Shown: one piece after another, positions 26,666-36,410 of the stretch
Numbering within the stretch: the first letter of the stretch is position 1
How the letters are laid out: each line of letters starts with the position of its first letter
The notes under the pieces: generated by a model
Database searches by the model: none
The model's input: the letters and a program-made list of their open reading frames with translations, nothing else
Told to the model about the DNA's origin: nothing
Assembly (NCBI GenBank): GCA_902784855.1
Contig: CACZWQ010000002.1
Location: forward strand, 2,547 to 66,546
Direction: 5' to 3'
Source of the DNA: an uncultured Ruminococcus sp.
GTDB taxonomy: Bacteria; Bacillota; Clostridia; Oscillospirales; Acutalibacteraceae
DNA: 64,000 nt
Translations under genes and position numbers: made by a program

Positions 26666-29600
26666 ATGCAAAGGAAAACCATCAGCCTTGTGCTGTGCCT
26701 GACCTTGCTGGTCTCGATGATCGCATTCGCGGTTCCCTCCGCGAGCGCCGCGACCGTCGATTCCGCATCGGCAGGCTACAGCCGTATCGAAAGTGCAGAC
26801 GATTTCTCTTGGGACAACGTCAACATGTACTTTCTCTTGACCGACCGTTTTTATAACGGAAACACCTCGAACGACCACGCCTACGGACGTGCCTGCGACG
26901 CGAACGGTCAGCCGCTTGCGGGCTGGCAGAGCAATCCCGGCACCTTCCACGGCGGCGACTTCGCGGGTCTGACACAGAAGATCAACGAGGGCTACTTCAA
27001 TGACATGGGCGTCAACGCCATCTGGATCTCCGCTCCCTATGAGCAGATCCACGGCTATGTCACCCCCGGCGACCCCAACGATTTCTCCCACTACTCCTAC
27101 CACGGCTACTACACGCTCGACTACACCGAGACCGACGCCAACTTCGGCACCAAGGCGGAGTTTAAGACAATGGTCGACGCCGCGCACGCGCACGGCATCC
27201 GCGTCGTCATGGACGTCGTCATGAACCACGCCGGCTACAACACCATCAAGGACATGCTCGAATACAACTTCGGCTCCTTCAAGGATCAGGCGGCGGCGAC
27301 CTCTTACCTCTACAAGCTCACGGGCGTCAACGACCTGCACAGTACCGTCGACTATAAAAACTCCGAGGAGTCTTGGGGACGTTGGTGGAGCAACGACTGG
27401 ATCCGCAGCGGTCTGCCCGGCTATGAGGAGGGCAGCGGCGAAGTGACCGGTTGCGTAGCGGGTCTGCCCGACTTCCGCACCGAATCCACCAAGCAGGTCT
27501 CCATCCCGCCCATCCTGAAAACCAAGTGGCAGAAGGAAGGCACCTATAACCAAAAGGTCGCCAAATACGGCAGCTCCGGCACGGTTTCGGATTACCTGAC
27601 CACATGGCTCGCCGAGTGGGTCGAGACCTACGGCGTCGACGGCTTCCGCTGCGACACCGCCAAGCACGTAGAGCTTGGCTCCTGGAAAAAGCTCAAAAAC
27701 AAGTGCGTCGCCGCGCTCAAAACGTGGAGACAGAACAATCCCACCGCAGACGGCGCCGACTGGGACGAGGACTTCTGGATGACGGGCGAATGCTGGGGCT
27801 ATAAAAGCGGCTACGGTTCCTACTACTCCGACGGCGGCTTTGACTCCATGATCAGCTTCTCCATCACCGGCAACGTTTCGGCGAATCCCGGCGGTCTCGG
27901 CGGCCCCGAGTCCATCGACGGCATGTATTCCTCCTACGCCGCCGATATCAACACGAATCCCGACTACAACCTGCTCTCTTACCTCTCCTCGCACGACACG
28001 GGTCTGGTGCGTCAGAATTCCTACTGGCAGGGCACGGCGTTCCAGCTTTTGCCCGGCGGCATCCAGATCTTCTACGGCGATGAGACCGCGCGTCCTCTGC
28101 TGACCAACGTCCCTGTCGGCGGCGACGGCCACGCGGTCAGAAGCGATATGAACTGGGGACAGAACGCCGACCTGCGCACCCACTGGGCGAAAGTCGGCAA
28201 ATTCCGCGCAAACCATGTTGCGGTCGGCGCGGGCGCGCATCAGCTCATCTCCTCCTACAGCTCCTCGACGGGCTACACCTTCGCGCGCACCTATCTGGAC
28301 GATAATGTCACCGACGGCGTCATCTGCTGCATCGGTGCACCCGTGAACCAGCAGATCGCGGTCGACGTTTCCTCCATGTGGGGCAACGGCAAGACCGTCA
28401 CCAACGAATACGACGGCACCACTGCGGTGGTCACCAACGGCAAGGCGACCTTTAACTCCGGCGCACAGGGCGTCATCCTGATCTCGGGCCCGCAGTCCAC
28501 GATCGCCATGTCCCTCACCGGCAAGCCCGCGTTCTACGATCAGGAAGAAGTCTCCCTCAAGCTGCGCGGCGCAGACTATGCGATGGTCTCCGTCGACGGC
28601 GGCACACCGTTCCGCGTAACGGACGGTCAGGTGTTCTCCATCGGCAATGATATTGCTGTCGGCACGGTGTTTGAAGTCGTCGTCACCGCCACCAACGCGA
28701 CCGAGACCGTCGAAAAGACCTTCAAGTTCAAGAAGAAGGATCCCGACGCGGTCACCCGCATCTACTTCGATAACTCCTCCTACAACTGGTCAAAGGTCAA
28801 CGCCTATGTCTACGACGACTCCGGCGCCGAGGTCGTGGAAAACGGCGCCTGGCCCGGCAGTGAGATGACATATGACAGCGAAAAAGGTCTGTATGTCTAT
28901 GAGGTCGATGAAGACTTGGCAGACACCGGCGCGGTCGTGTTCAACAACGGCACCGACCAGTATCCCCCCAAGGGCGTCAGACTGGACATCAACGGCAGCG
29001 ACAAGATCCTGATCCAAAAAACCGTGTGGAAGGAATATGAGGGCGAGATCGTCCAGCCCACCGATCCGCCTGCACCCGGCACCCAGCGCACCATCTACCT
29101 CGACGCGGGCAAGTTCAACGCCGGTTCTCCCAAATGTTATGTTTGGATCAAGGGTACCAAGACCGATCTTGACCCATGGCCCGGCACCACGATGGTTGCG
29201 GCTCCCGAAATGGGCGCGAACTTCTATAAGCTGACCTGCGACGCAAAATATAACTGCTGCATCTTCACCAACAACGGCGGCGGTCTCTGCGGGGATCAGG
29301 ATATCCCGTACCTCAAGGCGATGTACGACGGCACATGGCACGAGGTAAAGGATTCCGATCCCTCCGATCCTACCGACCCGACCAATCCCACCGGACCCAT
29401 TTTCGGCAGACGGATCCTGATCGGCGACAGCGACCTCAACGACAGGGTGGACATCAAGGATGTCACCGCCATTCAGCGTCATCTGGCAGATCTCGGCACA
29501 TTGACCGGCGACGCGCTGATCGCGGCGGACGTCGACGTCAGCAAAAACGTCACCATCTTGGACGGCACGCTGATCCAGATGTACCTCGTGGAGATCGACA

Positions 29601-30298
29601 GGGACGACAACCACACGGGCGAGCTTGTCTATGTCGAGGATCCCACCGACCCGACCGAGCCCACCGAACCGACCAATCCCACACAGCCTGCGGGTCAGAG
29701 AACCATCTATCTCGACGGCGCAAAGTTCGGCACCACCACTCCCTATGTGTATGTGTGGAAGAAGGGACAAACGGAGAACATGGGCGCTTTCCCGGGCAAA
29801 CCGATGACAGCTGTCGGCAACGGCATCTACAGCTACACCTGCCCCGAGGAATACAACTGCTGCATATTCAGCAAGGACGGCGGCGACAAAAGCAAGATCA
29901 GCGGCGATCTTGATATCCCCTACACAAGCGCACTGTATAACGGAAGCTGGAGTCAGTACAGCGGCTCGAACGACCCGACGACACCCACCACACCGCCCGA
30001 CCCGGCAAATTCGGTCACGCTGGTCAACGGCAGCTTCGTTGATCCGCAGAAGGGTCAGGATTGGTACGCGTGGACATGGAACAATGACTCGGACGGCAGA
30101 TGGATTTCCGGCACGGGCGACGCGAACGCGTATGTCTTTACCGGCGAATTCGGCGCCAAGATCCTCTTTGTCAGAGTCCCTGTGGGAGAGGATCCCAGCT
30201 GGAATCCCAGAAACATCTACAACCAGACGCCCGACTTAGACACCAAGCTCGGCGGCACCTATGTCATCGACCACTGGTACGGCGGCAACTGGCAATAA
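26666..30298 (+). CDS. Secreted GH13 alpha-amylase with starch-binding (CBM26-like) modules and an internal dockerin (amylosome-type)
   Basis: Signal peptide; GFRCDTAKH, TGECW and SSHDT catalytic motifs; repeated RIYFD/RTIYLD...YVW modules; PT linkers; dockerin GDSDLNDRVDIKDVT...DVDVSKNVTILDGT. Start ATG 26666. Confidence 0.9.
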   Translation: MQRKTISLVLCLTLLVSMIAFAVPSASAATVDSASAGYSRIESADDFSWDNVNMYFLLTDRFYNGNTSNDHAYGRACDANGQPLAGWQSNPGTFHGGDFAGLTQKINEGYFNDMGVNAIWISAPYEQIHGYVTPGDPNDFSHYSYHGYYTLDYTETDANFGTKAEFKTMVDAAHAHGIRVVMDVVMNHAGYNTIKDMLEYNFGSFKDQAAATSYLYKLTGVNDLHSTVDYKNSEESWGRWWSNDWIRSGLPGYEEGSGEVTGCVAGLPDFRTESTKQVSIPPILKTKWQKEGTYNQKVAKYGSSGTVSDYLTTWLAEWVETYGVDGFRCDTAKHVELGSWKKLKNKCVAALKTWRQNNPTADGADWDEDFWMTGECWGYKSGYGSYYSDGGFDSMISFSITGNVSANPGGLGGPESIDGMYSSYAADINTNPDYNLLSYLSSHDTGLVRQNSYWQGTAFQLLPGGIQIFYGDETARPLLTNVPVGGDGHAVRSDMNWGQNADLRTHWAKVGKFRANHVAVGAGAHQLISSYSSSTGYTFARTYLDDNVTDGVICCIGAPVNQQIAVDVSSMWGNGKTVTNEYDGTTAVVTNGKATFNSGAQGVILISGPQSTIAMSLTGKPAFYDQEEVSLKLRGADYAMVSVDGGTPFRVTDGQVFSIGNDIAVGTVFEVVVTATNATETVEKTFKFKKKDPDAVTRIYFDNSSYNWSKVNAYVYDDSGAEVVENGAWPGSEMTYDSEKGLYVYEVDEDLADTGAVVFNNGTDQYPPKGVRLDINGSDKILIQKTVWKEYEGEIVQPTDPPAPGTQRTIYLDAGKFNAGSPKCYVWIKGTKTDLDPWPGTTMVAAPEMGANFYKLTCDAKYNCCIFTNNGGGLCGDQDIPYLKAMYDGTWHEVKDSDPSDPTDPTNPTGPIFGRRILIGDSDLNDRVDIKDVTAIQRHLADLGTLTGDALIAADVDVSKNVTILDGTLIQMYLVEIDRDDNHTGELVYVEDPTDPTEPTEPTNPTQPAGQRTIYLDGAKFGTTTPYVYVWKKGQTENMGAFPGKPMTAVGNGIYSYTCPEEYNCCIFSKDGGDKSKISGDLDIPYTSALYNGSWSQYSGSNDPTTPTTPPDPANSVTLVNGSFVDPQKGQDWYAWTWNNDSDGRWISGTGDANAYVFTGEFGAKILFVRVPVGEDPSWNPRNIYNQTPDLDTKLGGTYVIDHWYGGNWQ

Positions 30299-30318
30299 TC
30301 AATAGAATAAAATGATCT

Positions 30319-30344
30319 TAGGAGCGGACGCAAGTCCGCTCCTA
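30319..30344 (+). terminator. Terminator hairpin after the amylase
   Basis: TAGGAGCGGAC-gcaa-GTCCGCTCCTA followed by TTATTAT. Confidence 0.7.
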
Positions 30345-30359
30345 TTATTATCGCCGAGG

Positions 30360-30553
30360 GAAACGTGACGTTCCATCCAATCCGCGAGTGAAAAGATTAT
30401 AGAAATAATAACCTTTATAGCCCACGTTATAACGCCCGCGTGTCGCGGGAGCCAATCCGCGAGTGAAAAGATTATAGAAATAATAACCTTTATAGCCCGC
30501 GCTATAACGCAGGCATGACGGTTACCGTCCAAACAAACTTTGCACGCGTGGGT
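30360..30553. repeat. Modular palindromic repeat cluster, locus B
   Basis: CAATCCGCG at 30378 and 30453, each preceded by a hairpin and followed after 34 nt by CCC(A/G)CG-N6-CGC; 59-bp near-exact direct repeat with a 75-bp period. Confidence 0.9.
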
Positions 30554-30640
30554 AAAGCGCCCACCGGCGTAAATGACGCTTGCGTTTGCGTTGAATCTGT
30601 ATTATAATAGATAATGGAGTTTTATAAGGAGAGGTGTCCT

Positions 30641-31273
30641 ATGGAGAAGAAAAAGGTTCGCGTGCAAATCGAAGGGCGCAATTACACCGTGATCACCGTC
30701 GAGGACGAGAGCTATGTGGAGGGCGTCGCCGCCGAGGTGAGCGAGAGCATCCGCCATGCGACCCAGACGGGCAGGAATCTTGACACCCGCGACTGCGCGG
30801 TGCTGGCGGCGATGGACTTCTGCGACGACCGCCACAAGGCGGAGCGCAGGAATGCCGAGCTGGTCGAGAAGGCGGATCAGATCATCCGCCAGTCTGCCGA
30901 GCTTGCCAGACAGTGCAAGGAGTACAAGATCAAGCTCGCCGAGGCGCTGACCGAGAAAACCAATCAAACCGAGCTTGCGCGGCAGTGCGCCGAATACAAG
31001 ACCAAGCTGGCGTCTGCCATCAACGAGAACACCAACCTGACCAAGCGCATCAAGGCGCTGGAGGAACAGCTCCGTCAGCTTCTCCGCGAAAACGAATCGC
31101 TGAAAAAGACTGCCGACTCAAAGCCTCTTGAAAACGAAAAGAAATTTGAGAAAACCGTCCGCGACAAAAAGAATGAAAAGCTGATGGGATATGTACCCAT
31201 GCGGCAGTATTCGCTGTTTGAGGAAGAGGCGGACGGAAAGAACAAGCCGCAAAAGAAAAATGGAAAAAATTGA
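30641..31273 (+). CDS. zapA: Cell division protein ZapA with long coiled-coil extension
   Basis: VRVQIEGRNYTV...YVEGVAAEV...AVLAAMDFCDD ZapA pattern; internal 24-aa duplication. Confidence 0.75.
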   Translation: MEKKKVRVQIEGRNYTVITVEDESYVEGVAAEVSESIRHATQTGRNLDTRDCAVLAAMDFCDDRHKAERRNAELVEKADQIIRQSAELARQCKEYKIKLAEALTEKTNQTELARQCAEYKTKLASAINENTNLTKRIKALEEQLRQLLRENESLKKTADSKPLENEKKFEKTVRDKKNEKLMGYVPMRQYSLFEEEADGKNKPQKKNGKN

Positions 31274-33320
31274 GATATTAGCGCCCGCAGGCGGCTTTGA
31301 CAGCGTGCTCGCCGCCGTGCGTTCGGGCGCGGACGCGGTGTACTTGGGCGAAAAGCGGTTTTCCGCGCGCGCCTCGGCAAAGAATTTCTCCGACGAGGAG
31401 CTGCGGCAGGCGACCGCCTACTGCCACATCCACGGCGTCAAGGTTTATGTCACCCTGAATACGATCGTCTTTGACGAGGAGTTTTCCTCGCTCGCCGACG
31501 CGATCAAGGCGGCGGCGCGTGCCGATGTCGACGCGCTGATCGTCCAGAACATGGGCGTCGCGCGGCTGGCAAAGCAGATCGCGCCCGACCTGCCGCTGCA
31601 CGCCTCCACCCAGATGAGCGTGCACACCGCGGCGGGCGTACGCGCGCTCTGTGAGATGGGCTTTCGCCGCGTGGTGCTCGCCCGCGAGATGACCCGCGCC
31701 GAGATCAAAAAGGCGGCGCAGATCCCCGTCGAGATGGAGGTGTTCGTCCACGGCGCGCTGTGCATGTGCGTTTCGGGACAGTGCTATTTCAGCGCCATGC
31801 TCGGCTCCCGCAGCGGCAACCGCGGCGCCTGCGCCCAGACCTGCCGCCTGCCCTTTTCCGTCAACCGTCAGAAGGGCGGTCACGCGCTCAGCCTGAAGGA
31901 CAACAGCCTGATCGGTCATTTGAACGAGCTGCAGGCGCTCGGCGTCGCCTCGGCGAAGATCGAGGGCAGAATGAAGCGCCCCGAGTATGTCGCTGCCGCC
32001 GTGCGCGCCTGTGTGGAGCAGCGCGACCTCGGCTGTATCAGCGACCGGACCGCCGAGGAGCTGCGCGGTGTCTTCTCGCGCACGGGCTTCACCGACGGAT
32101 ATTATACCGACAGGCGCGGCAGAGGGATGTTCGGCACCCGCACCCGCGACGATGTGGTGTCAGCCGACGAAAAGCTGCTGGCGGGTATTCGTCAGCGCTG
32201 CAAGGACGAGCGGCAGCATGTTCCCCTTACGGGCAGCTTTTTCGCCGCGATAGGGGAGAGAGCCGTTTTGCGGCTGAGCGACGGCGTGCACACGGTCGAG
32301 GCGATCTCGGACTGCGCGGCGCAGCCTGCCGAGCGGACGCCGCTCTCGGAGGAGAAATGCCGCGCCCAGCTTGCTAAGACGGGCGGCACGGCGTACCGCA
32401 TGGAAACGCTTTCCGTCCATTTGGACGAAGGGGTGTCCCTGCCGCTCTCCGCGCTCAACAGCCTGCGGCGCGATTCTCTCAGCCGGCTTGATAACCTGCG
32501 CGCCGTTTGGCACCGCTACACTGTCAACGACATCGACATCGCGCCGCCGCAGCCCTACCGCCCGGAGAAGCAGAGTCTGCGCGTCAGTGTGCCGAAAACC
32601 AAGCTCGGCGCAGGCTTTCGCGCCTGTGAGCGCGTATTTGTGCCGCTCTTTTCCGATGTGCGCGAGTGGGAGCGCCTGCGCAGGGAGGGCTTTTCGATCG
32701 GCGTTGAGATCCCGCGCGGCATGTTCGGCAGAGAGGAACAGATCGACCGTCAGCTCGCCCGCGCGAAGGAAGCGGGCGTCACCCATGCGCTCTGCCACAA
32801 CATCGGCGCGCTGTATCAGGCGAAGCAGCACGGCTTCACCCTGCACGGCGGCTTCGGGCTGAACCTGTGCAACACCTACGACCTGCTGTGGGCGGAGGAG
32901 TACGGGATGACCGACGTCGAGCTGAGCTTGGAGCTGACCTTTGCCCGCGTCAACCGCCTCGGCGGCAAGATCGGCAGGGGCGTGATCAGCTATGGCTACC
33001 TGCCGCTCATGCTCTGCCGCAACTGCCCCGCAAAGAGCGTCGGGCTGGATTGCAAATCTTGCAAAAACAAGTCATTTATGACGGACAGACAGGGCAAGCG
33101 GTTTTTCCTGCGCTGCGACGGCAACTGCACCGAGGTGCTCAATTGCGTGCCGCTCTATATTGCGGAGGAAGAAATTTCCAAGGTTTCCACATCCTTCCGC
33201 ATGTGGCGGTTCAGTGTGGAAAACCATGTGGAAAACGTGGAAAACATACGGGAAATCCATGACTTTTCCATGTTGAAAGAAAAATTCACCCGCGGATTGA
33301 CACAGCGCGGTGTGGAATAA
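31260..33320 (+). CDS. Long-form U32 peptidase family protein (RlhA-like RNA hydroxylase, DUF3656)
   Basis: EILAPAG, GADAVYLG, HASTQMS, E.FVHGALC...SGQCY...RSGNRG.CAQ.CR Fe-S cysteines, KIEGRMK. Confidence 0.88.
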   Translation: MEKIEILAPAGGFDSVLAAVRSGADAVYLGEKRFSARASAKNFSDEELRQATAYCHIHGVKVYVTLNTIVFDEEFSSLADAIKAAARADVDALIVQNMGVARLAKQIAPDLPLHASTQMSVHTAAGVRALCEMGFRRVVLAREMTRAEIKKAAQIPVEMEVFVHGALCMCVSGQCYFSAMLGSRSGNRGACAQTCRLPFSVNRQKGGHALSLKDNSLIGHLNELQALGVASAKIEGRMKRPEYVAAAVRACVEQRDLGCISDRTAEELRGVFSRTGFTDGYYTDRRGRGMFGTRTRDDVVSADEKLLAGIRQRCKDERQHVPLTGSFFAAIGERAVLRLSDGVHTVEAISDCAAQPAERTPLSEEKCRAQLAKTGGTAYRMETLSVHLDEGVSLPLSALNSLRRDSLSRLDNLRAVWHRYTVNDIDIAPPQPYRPEKQSLRVSVPKTKLGAGFRACERVFVPLFSDVREWERLRREGFSIGVEIPRGMFGREEQIDRQLARAKEAGVTHALCHNIGALYQAKQHGFTLHGGFGLNLCNTYDLLWAEEYGMTDVELSLELTFARVNRLGGKIGRGVISYGYLPLMLCRNCPAKSVGLDCKSCKNKSFMTDRQGKRFFLRCDGNCTEVLNCVPLYIAEEEISKVSTSFRMWRFSVENHVENVENIREIHDFSMLKEKFTRGLTQRGVE
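33183..33319. promoter_or_regulatory. Possible DnaA-box cluster inside the 3' end of the U32 gene
   Basis: Two exact TTWTNCACA matches (TGTGGAAAA at 33215 and 33227) and three one-mismatch boxes (33183, 33236, 33311). Confidence 0.4.
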
Positions 33321-33488
33321 AGATTTTATTACGCTAAATCGCTCAAATTTTCAAAAGCGAAAAATAGATTTTTCCCGCGCGGAAAATACGCCGCGCCAAT
33401 ATTCCGAAGGATAATTACCCATTGGAATTATCAAAAAGAAAATAATTACAGCTTGCAAAAAACGCTAAATCATGAAGGGATGACAAAG

Positions 33489-33929
33489 ATGGAATTAAAA
33501 ATCAAAAAGCTCAGAGAGGGCGGGCGCATCCCGCAGCGCGCCACCGACGGTTCCGCAGGCATGGATCTGTACGCCTGCATCGATAAGGCGCTCACCCTCG
33601 CGCCGCAGCAGCTCACCGTGATCCCCACGGGCATCGCCATCGAGCTGCCCGACAACACCTGCGCGGCGTTTCTCTATGCGCGCAGCGGCTTGGGCGTGAA
33701 GCACGGCATCTGCCTGTCCAACGGTGTCGGCGTCATCGACAGCGATTACCGCGGCGAGATCTGCGTCGGCTTGTGCAACGTCTCCGACAAGCCCTATACC
33801 ATCGAGCCGGGCGAGCGCGTCGCTCAGATGGTCATCGCGCCCGTCCTCACCCCCGAGATCATCGAGGTCGCCGAGCTTGGCGACACCGAACGCGGCGCGG
33901 GCGGCTTCGGGTCGACGGGCAAAAAGTGA
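33489..33929 (+). CDS. dut: dUTP diphosphatase
   Basis: SAGMDL, ARSGLG, GVIDSDYRGEI, RVAQMV, RGAGGFGSTG motifs. Confidence 0.96.
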   Translation: MELKIKKLREGGRIPQRATDGSAGMDLYACIDKALTLAPQQLTVIPTGIAIELPDNTCAAFLYARSGLGVKHGICLSNGVGVIDSDYRGEICVGLCNVSDKPYTIEPGERVAQMVIAPVLTPEIIEVAELGDTERGAGGFGSTGKK

Positions 33930-34034
33930 TCTGTGCGCCGCAAATCGGCGTCAGCGCGTTCGACAAGCTTTTCTTGCATGTTTCGCGAATTAACGGTATC
34001 ATACCTATTATATAGATAAAAAGGAGCCAAAACC

Positions 34035-35048
34035 ATGTTCTCATTTTCGAAAGATATCGGCATCGACCTCGGTACCGCCAACACGCTGGTGTGTCTCAAG
34101 GGCAAGGGGATCATTCTGCGTGAGCCGTCGGTGGTCGCGGTCGACATCCGCACCGACACCGTGCTGGCGGTCGGTTCACAGGCGAAGGATATGATCGGCA
34201 GGACCCCGGGGTCGATCGTCGCGGTGCGTCCGCTCAAGGACGGGGTGATCGCCGATTTTAAGATCACCGCCAAGATGTTGCAGCACTTTATCCGCAAGTC
34301 GGTCAAGCCCGGCATTTTCAGCAAGCCGCGCGTCGTCATCTGCATGCCCACGGGCGTGACGGAGGTCGAGCGCAAGGCGGTGGAGGACGCCGCCTATCAG
34401 GCGGGCGCCAAGCCGCCCGTCATCCTGATCGAGGAGCCGATGGCGGCGGCGATCGGCGCGGGGCTTCCCGTGGACGAGCCGACGGGCACCATGGTCGTGG
34501 ACATCGGCGGCGGCACCAGCGAGGTGGCGGTGCTTTCTCTCGGCGACATCGTGACCGCGTGCTCGGTGCGCGTCGCGGGCGACCGCTTTGACGAGGCGAT
34601 CCTCACCTACATCAAGCGCCACTACAACCTGCTCATCGGCGAGCGCACCGCCGAGGATATCAAGATCAAGATCGGCTCCGCTTACCCCTATGAAAACGAA
34701 AAGACCATGGTGGTCAAGGGCAGGAACCTCGTCGACGGTCTGCCCAAGGACATCACCGTCAGCGCCGCCGAGGTGCGCGAGGCGCTTGCCGATCCGCTGA
34801 ACACCATCGTCGAGGCGATCAAGACCACCTTGGAGAAAACGCCCCCCGAGCTTTCCGCCGACATCATCGACCACGGCATTATGCTGACCGGCGGCGGCGC
34901 GCTGCTGCGCGGCATCGACATGCTGGTCATGCAGCAGACGGGCATGCCCGTCCACATCGCCAACCGCCCGCTCGACTGCGTGGTCGACGGCGCGGGCAAG
35001 CGGCTGGGCAAGGCGATCGCCAGCAAATATAAGCATAACAGACGATAA
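34035..35048 (+). CDS. mreB: Rod shape-determining actin homolog MreB
   Basis: [50 protein letters not shown]. Confidence 0.95.
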   Translation: MFSFSKDIGIDLGTANTLVCLKGKGIILREPSVVAVDIRTDTVLAVGSQAKDMIGRTPGSIVAVRPLKDGVIADFKITAKMLQHFIRKSVKPGIFSKPRVVICMPTGVTEVERKAVEDAAYQAGAKPPVILIEEPMAAAIGAGLPVDEPTGTMVVDIGGGTSEVAVLSLGDIVTACSVRVAGDRFDEAILTYIKRHYNLLIGERTAEDIKIKIGSAYPYENEKTMVVKGRNLVDGLPKDITVSAAEVREALADPLNTIVEAIKTTLEKTPPELSADIIDHGIMLTGGGALLRGIDMLVMQQTGMPVHIANRPLDCVVDGAGKRLGKAIASKYKHNRR

Positions 35049-35050
35049 CC

Positions 35051-35878
35051 ATGAAAAGGAAACAGAATATTCCCTTCCGGGCGCTCGTTGTCACGCTCGC
35101 CGTGCTGCTGGTGCTGATCGTGCTGTCGCAGGCGGAGGGCTCTCCCGTCTCGACGGGCATCAACGCCGCTTCCCGGTGGTTGTTCCGGCTCACCGCATCG
35201 GCGACGGCCTCGACGGACTCCGCGTCCGCAGAGGAGCTTTCCGCCGAGGTGGAAGCTTTGCGCAAGGAAAACGCCGAGCTGCGCCGTCAGCTCGCCGACT
35301 ACCTCGATATCAAGAGCGAGAACGAGAAGCTCTGGAAATACTATGAATTAAAAAAAGAGAATCCCTCCTATCAGATCGTGCCTGCCAATGTGATCCGCCG
35401 CGACGTGAACGATGATTTCTATTCCTTCACGCTCGACGTCGGCACCTCGGTCGGTGTGCGCCTCAACGCGCCCGTTATCACCGAGATCGGTCTCGTGGGA
35501 TGGGTCTGTCAGGCGGACGCCGCAAGCTGCAAGGTCAAGACGATCCTGTCTCCCGATACCAAGGCGGGTGTGGAGGACAAGCAGACCGGCGACAGCGGCA
35601 TCCTCAGCGGCAGCGTCTCGCTCTGCGACCAAAACCTGACGGGCATGAACAACCTCGCCGAGGATCACCGGCTGAAAAAGGGCGATATGGTGGTCACGGC
35701 GGGCACGGGCGGCGTCTATCCCGCGGGGCTGCCCGTCGGCGAGGTGCAGTCGATCGAATTCAACAAATATGACGCGACGCGGCGCGCGGTCATCAAGCCC
35801 TATGAGGATGTGCGCCGGATCACGGCAGCGGCGGTCATCACGGGCTTTGATTCCTCGGGCAAGGTGGTCAGACAGTGA
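35051..35878 (+). CDS. mreC: Rod shape-determining protein MreC
   Basis: N-terminal TM, coiled coil (LRKENAELRRQL), GDMVVTAG.GGVYPAGLPVGEV; operon context. Confidence 0.88.
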   Translation: MKRKQNIPFRALVVTLAVLLVLIVLSQAEGSPVSTGINAASRWLFRLTASATASTDSASAEELSAEVEALRKENAELRRQLADYLDIKSENEKLWKYYELKKENPSYQIVPANVIRRDVNDDFYSFTLDVGTSVGVRLNAPVITEIGLVGWVCQADAASCKVKTILSPDTKAGVEDKQTGDSGILSGSVSLCDQNLTGMNNLAEDHRLKKGDMVVTAGTGGVYPAGLPVGEVQSIEFNKYDATRRAVIKPYEDVRRITAAAVITGFDSSGKVVRQ

Positions 35879-36381
35879 AGAAGAAAAGACAGCACCCGTT
35901 TTTCCGCTACCTGATCTTCGCCGTGGAGATCCTGCTGCTGTGGCTGCTGCAAAGCACGCCTAAGCTGATGCCGTCTGTGCTCGGCGCAACGCCGTTTTTG
36001 CTGCTTGCCGCGGCGCTCTCCTTTTCCGTGAATGTCGACGCCGTTCCTGCCGTCGTGCTGGGCGCGGTCTGCGGCGTGCCCGCGGATATCTCCGCTTTCG
36101 GCACCGTCGGCTTCTTTTCCGTCGCGACCGTTTTGGTCTGCTACGCGCAGGCGACGGTCGTCGGCACCTATTTTAACCGCAACGCGCTGACGTGCAGCGT
36201 GTTTTCCGCAGGCTCCGCAGCGGCGGTGCTCTTCGTCTACTGGCTGCTGTTTCGCGTGTTCGCGGGATATCCCGAGTGCGGGCTGCTGCTGTGGACGCAC
36301 TATCTGCCGCGTGCGCTTTACACCGCGGTGTGTTTCCTTCCGCTCTATTTTTTCAACCGTTGGATCGTCAAGCATTTGTGA
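35875..36381 (+). CDS. mreD: Rod shape-determining membrane protein MreD
   Basis: 168-aa polytopic membrane protein between mreC and pbp2. Confidence 0.78.
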   Translation: MKKKRQHPFFRYLIFAVEILLLWLLQSTPKLMPSVLGATPFLLLAAALSFSVNVDAVPAVVLGAVCGVPADISAFGTVGFFSVATVLVCYAQATVVGTYFNRNALTCSVFSAGSAAAVLFVYWLLFRVFAGYPECGLLLWTHYLPRALYTAVCFLPLYFFNRWIVKHL

Positions 36382-36410
36382 GACTCCCCTGATATTTCGG
36401 AAAGGCGGTG

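Noticed and set aside
33291-33299. Single CGCGGATTG core motif inside the U32 gene
   Set aside because: No partner hairpin at 33-35 nt; one 9-mer hit is compatible with chance in GC-rich DNA.
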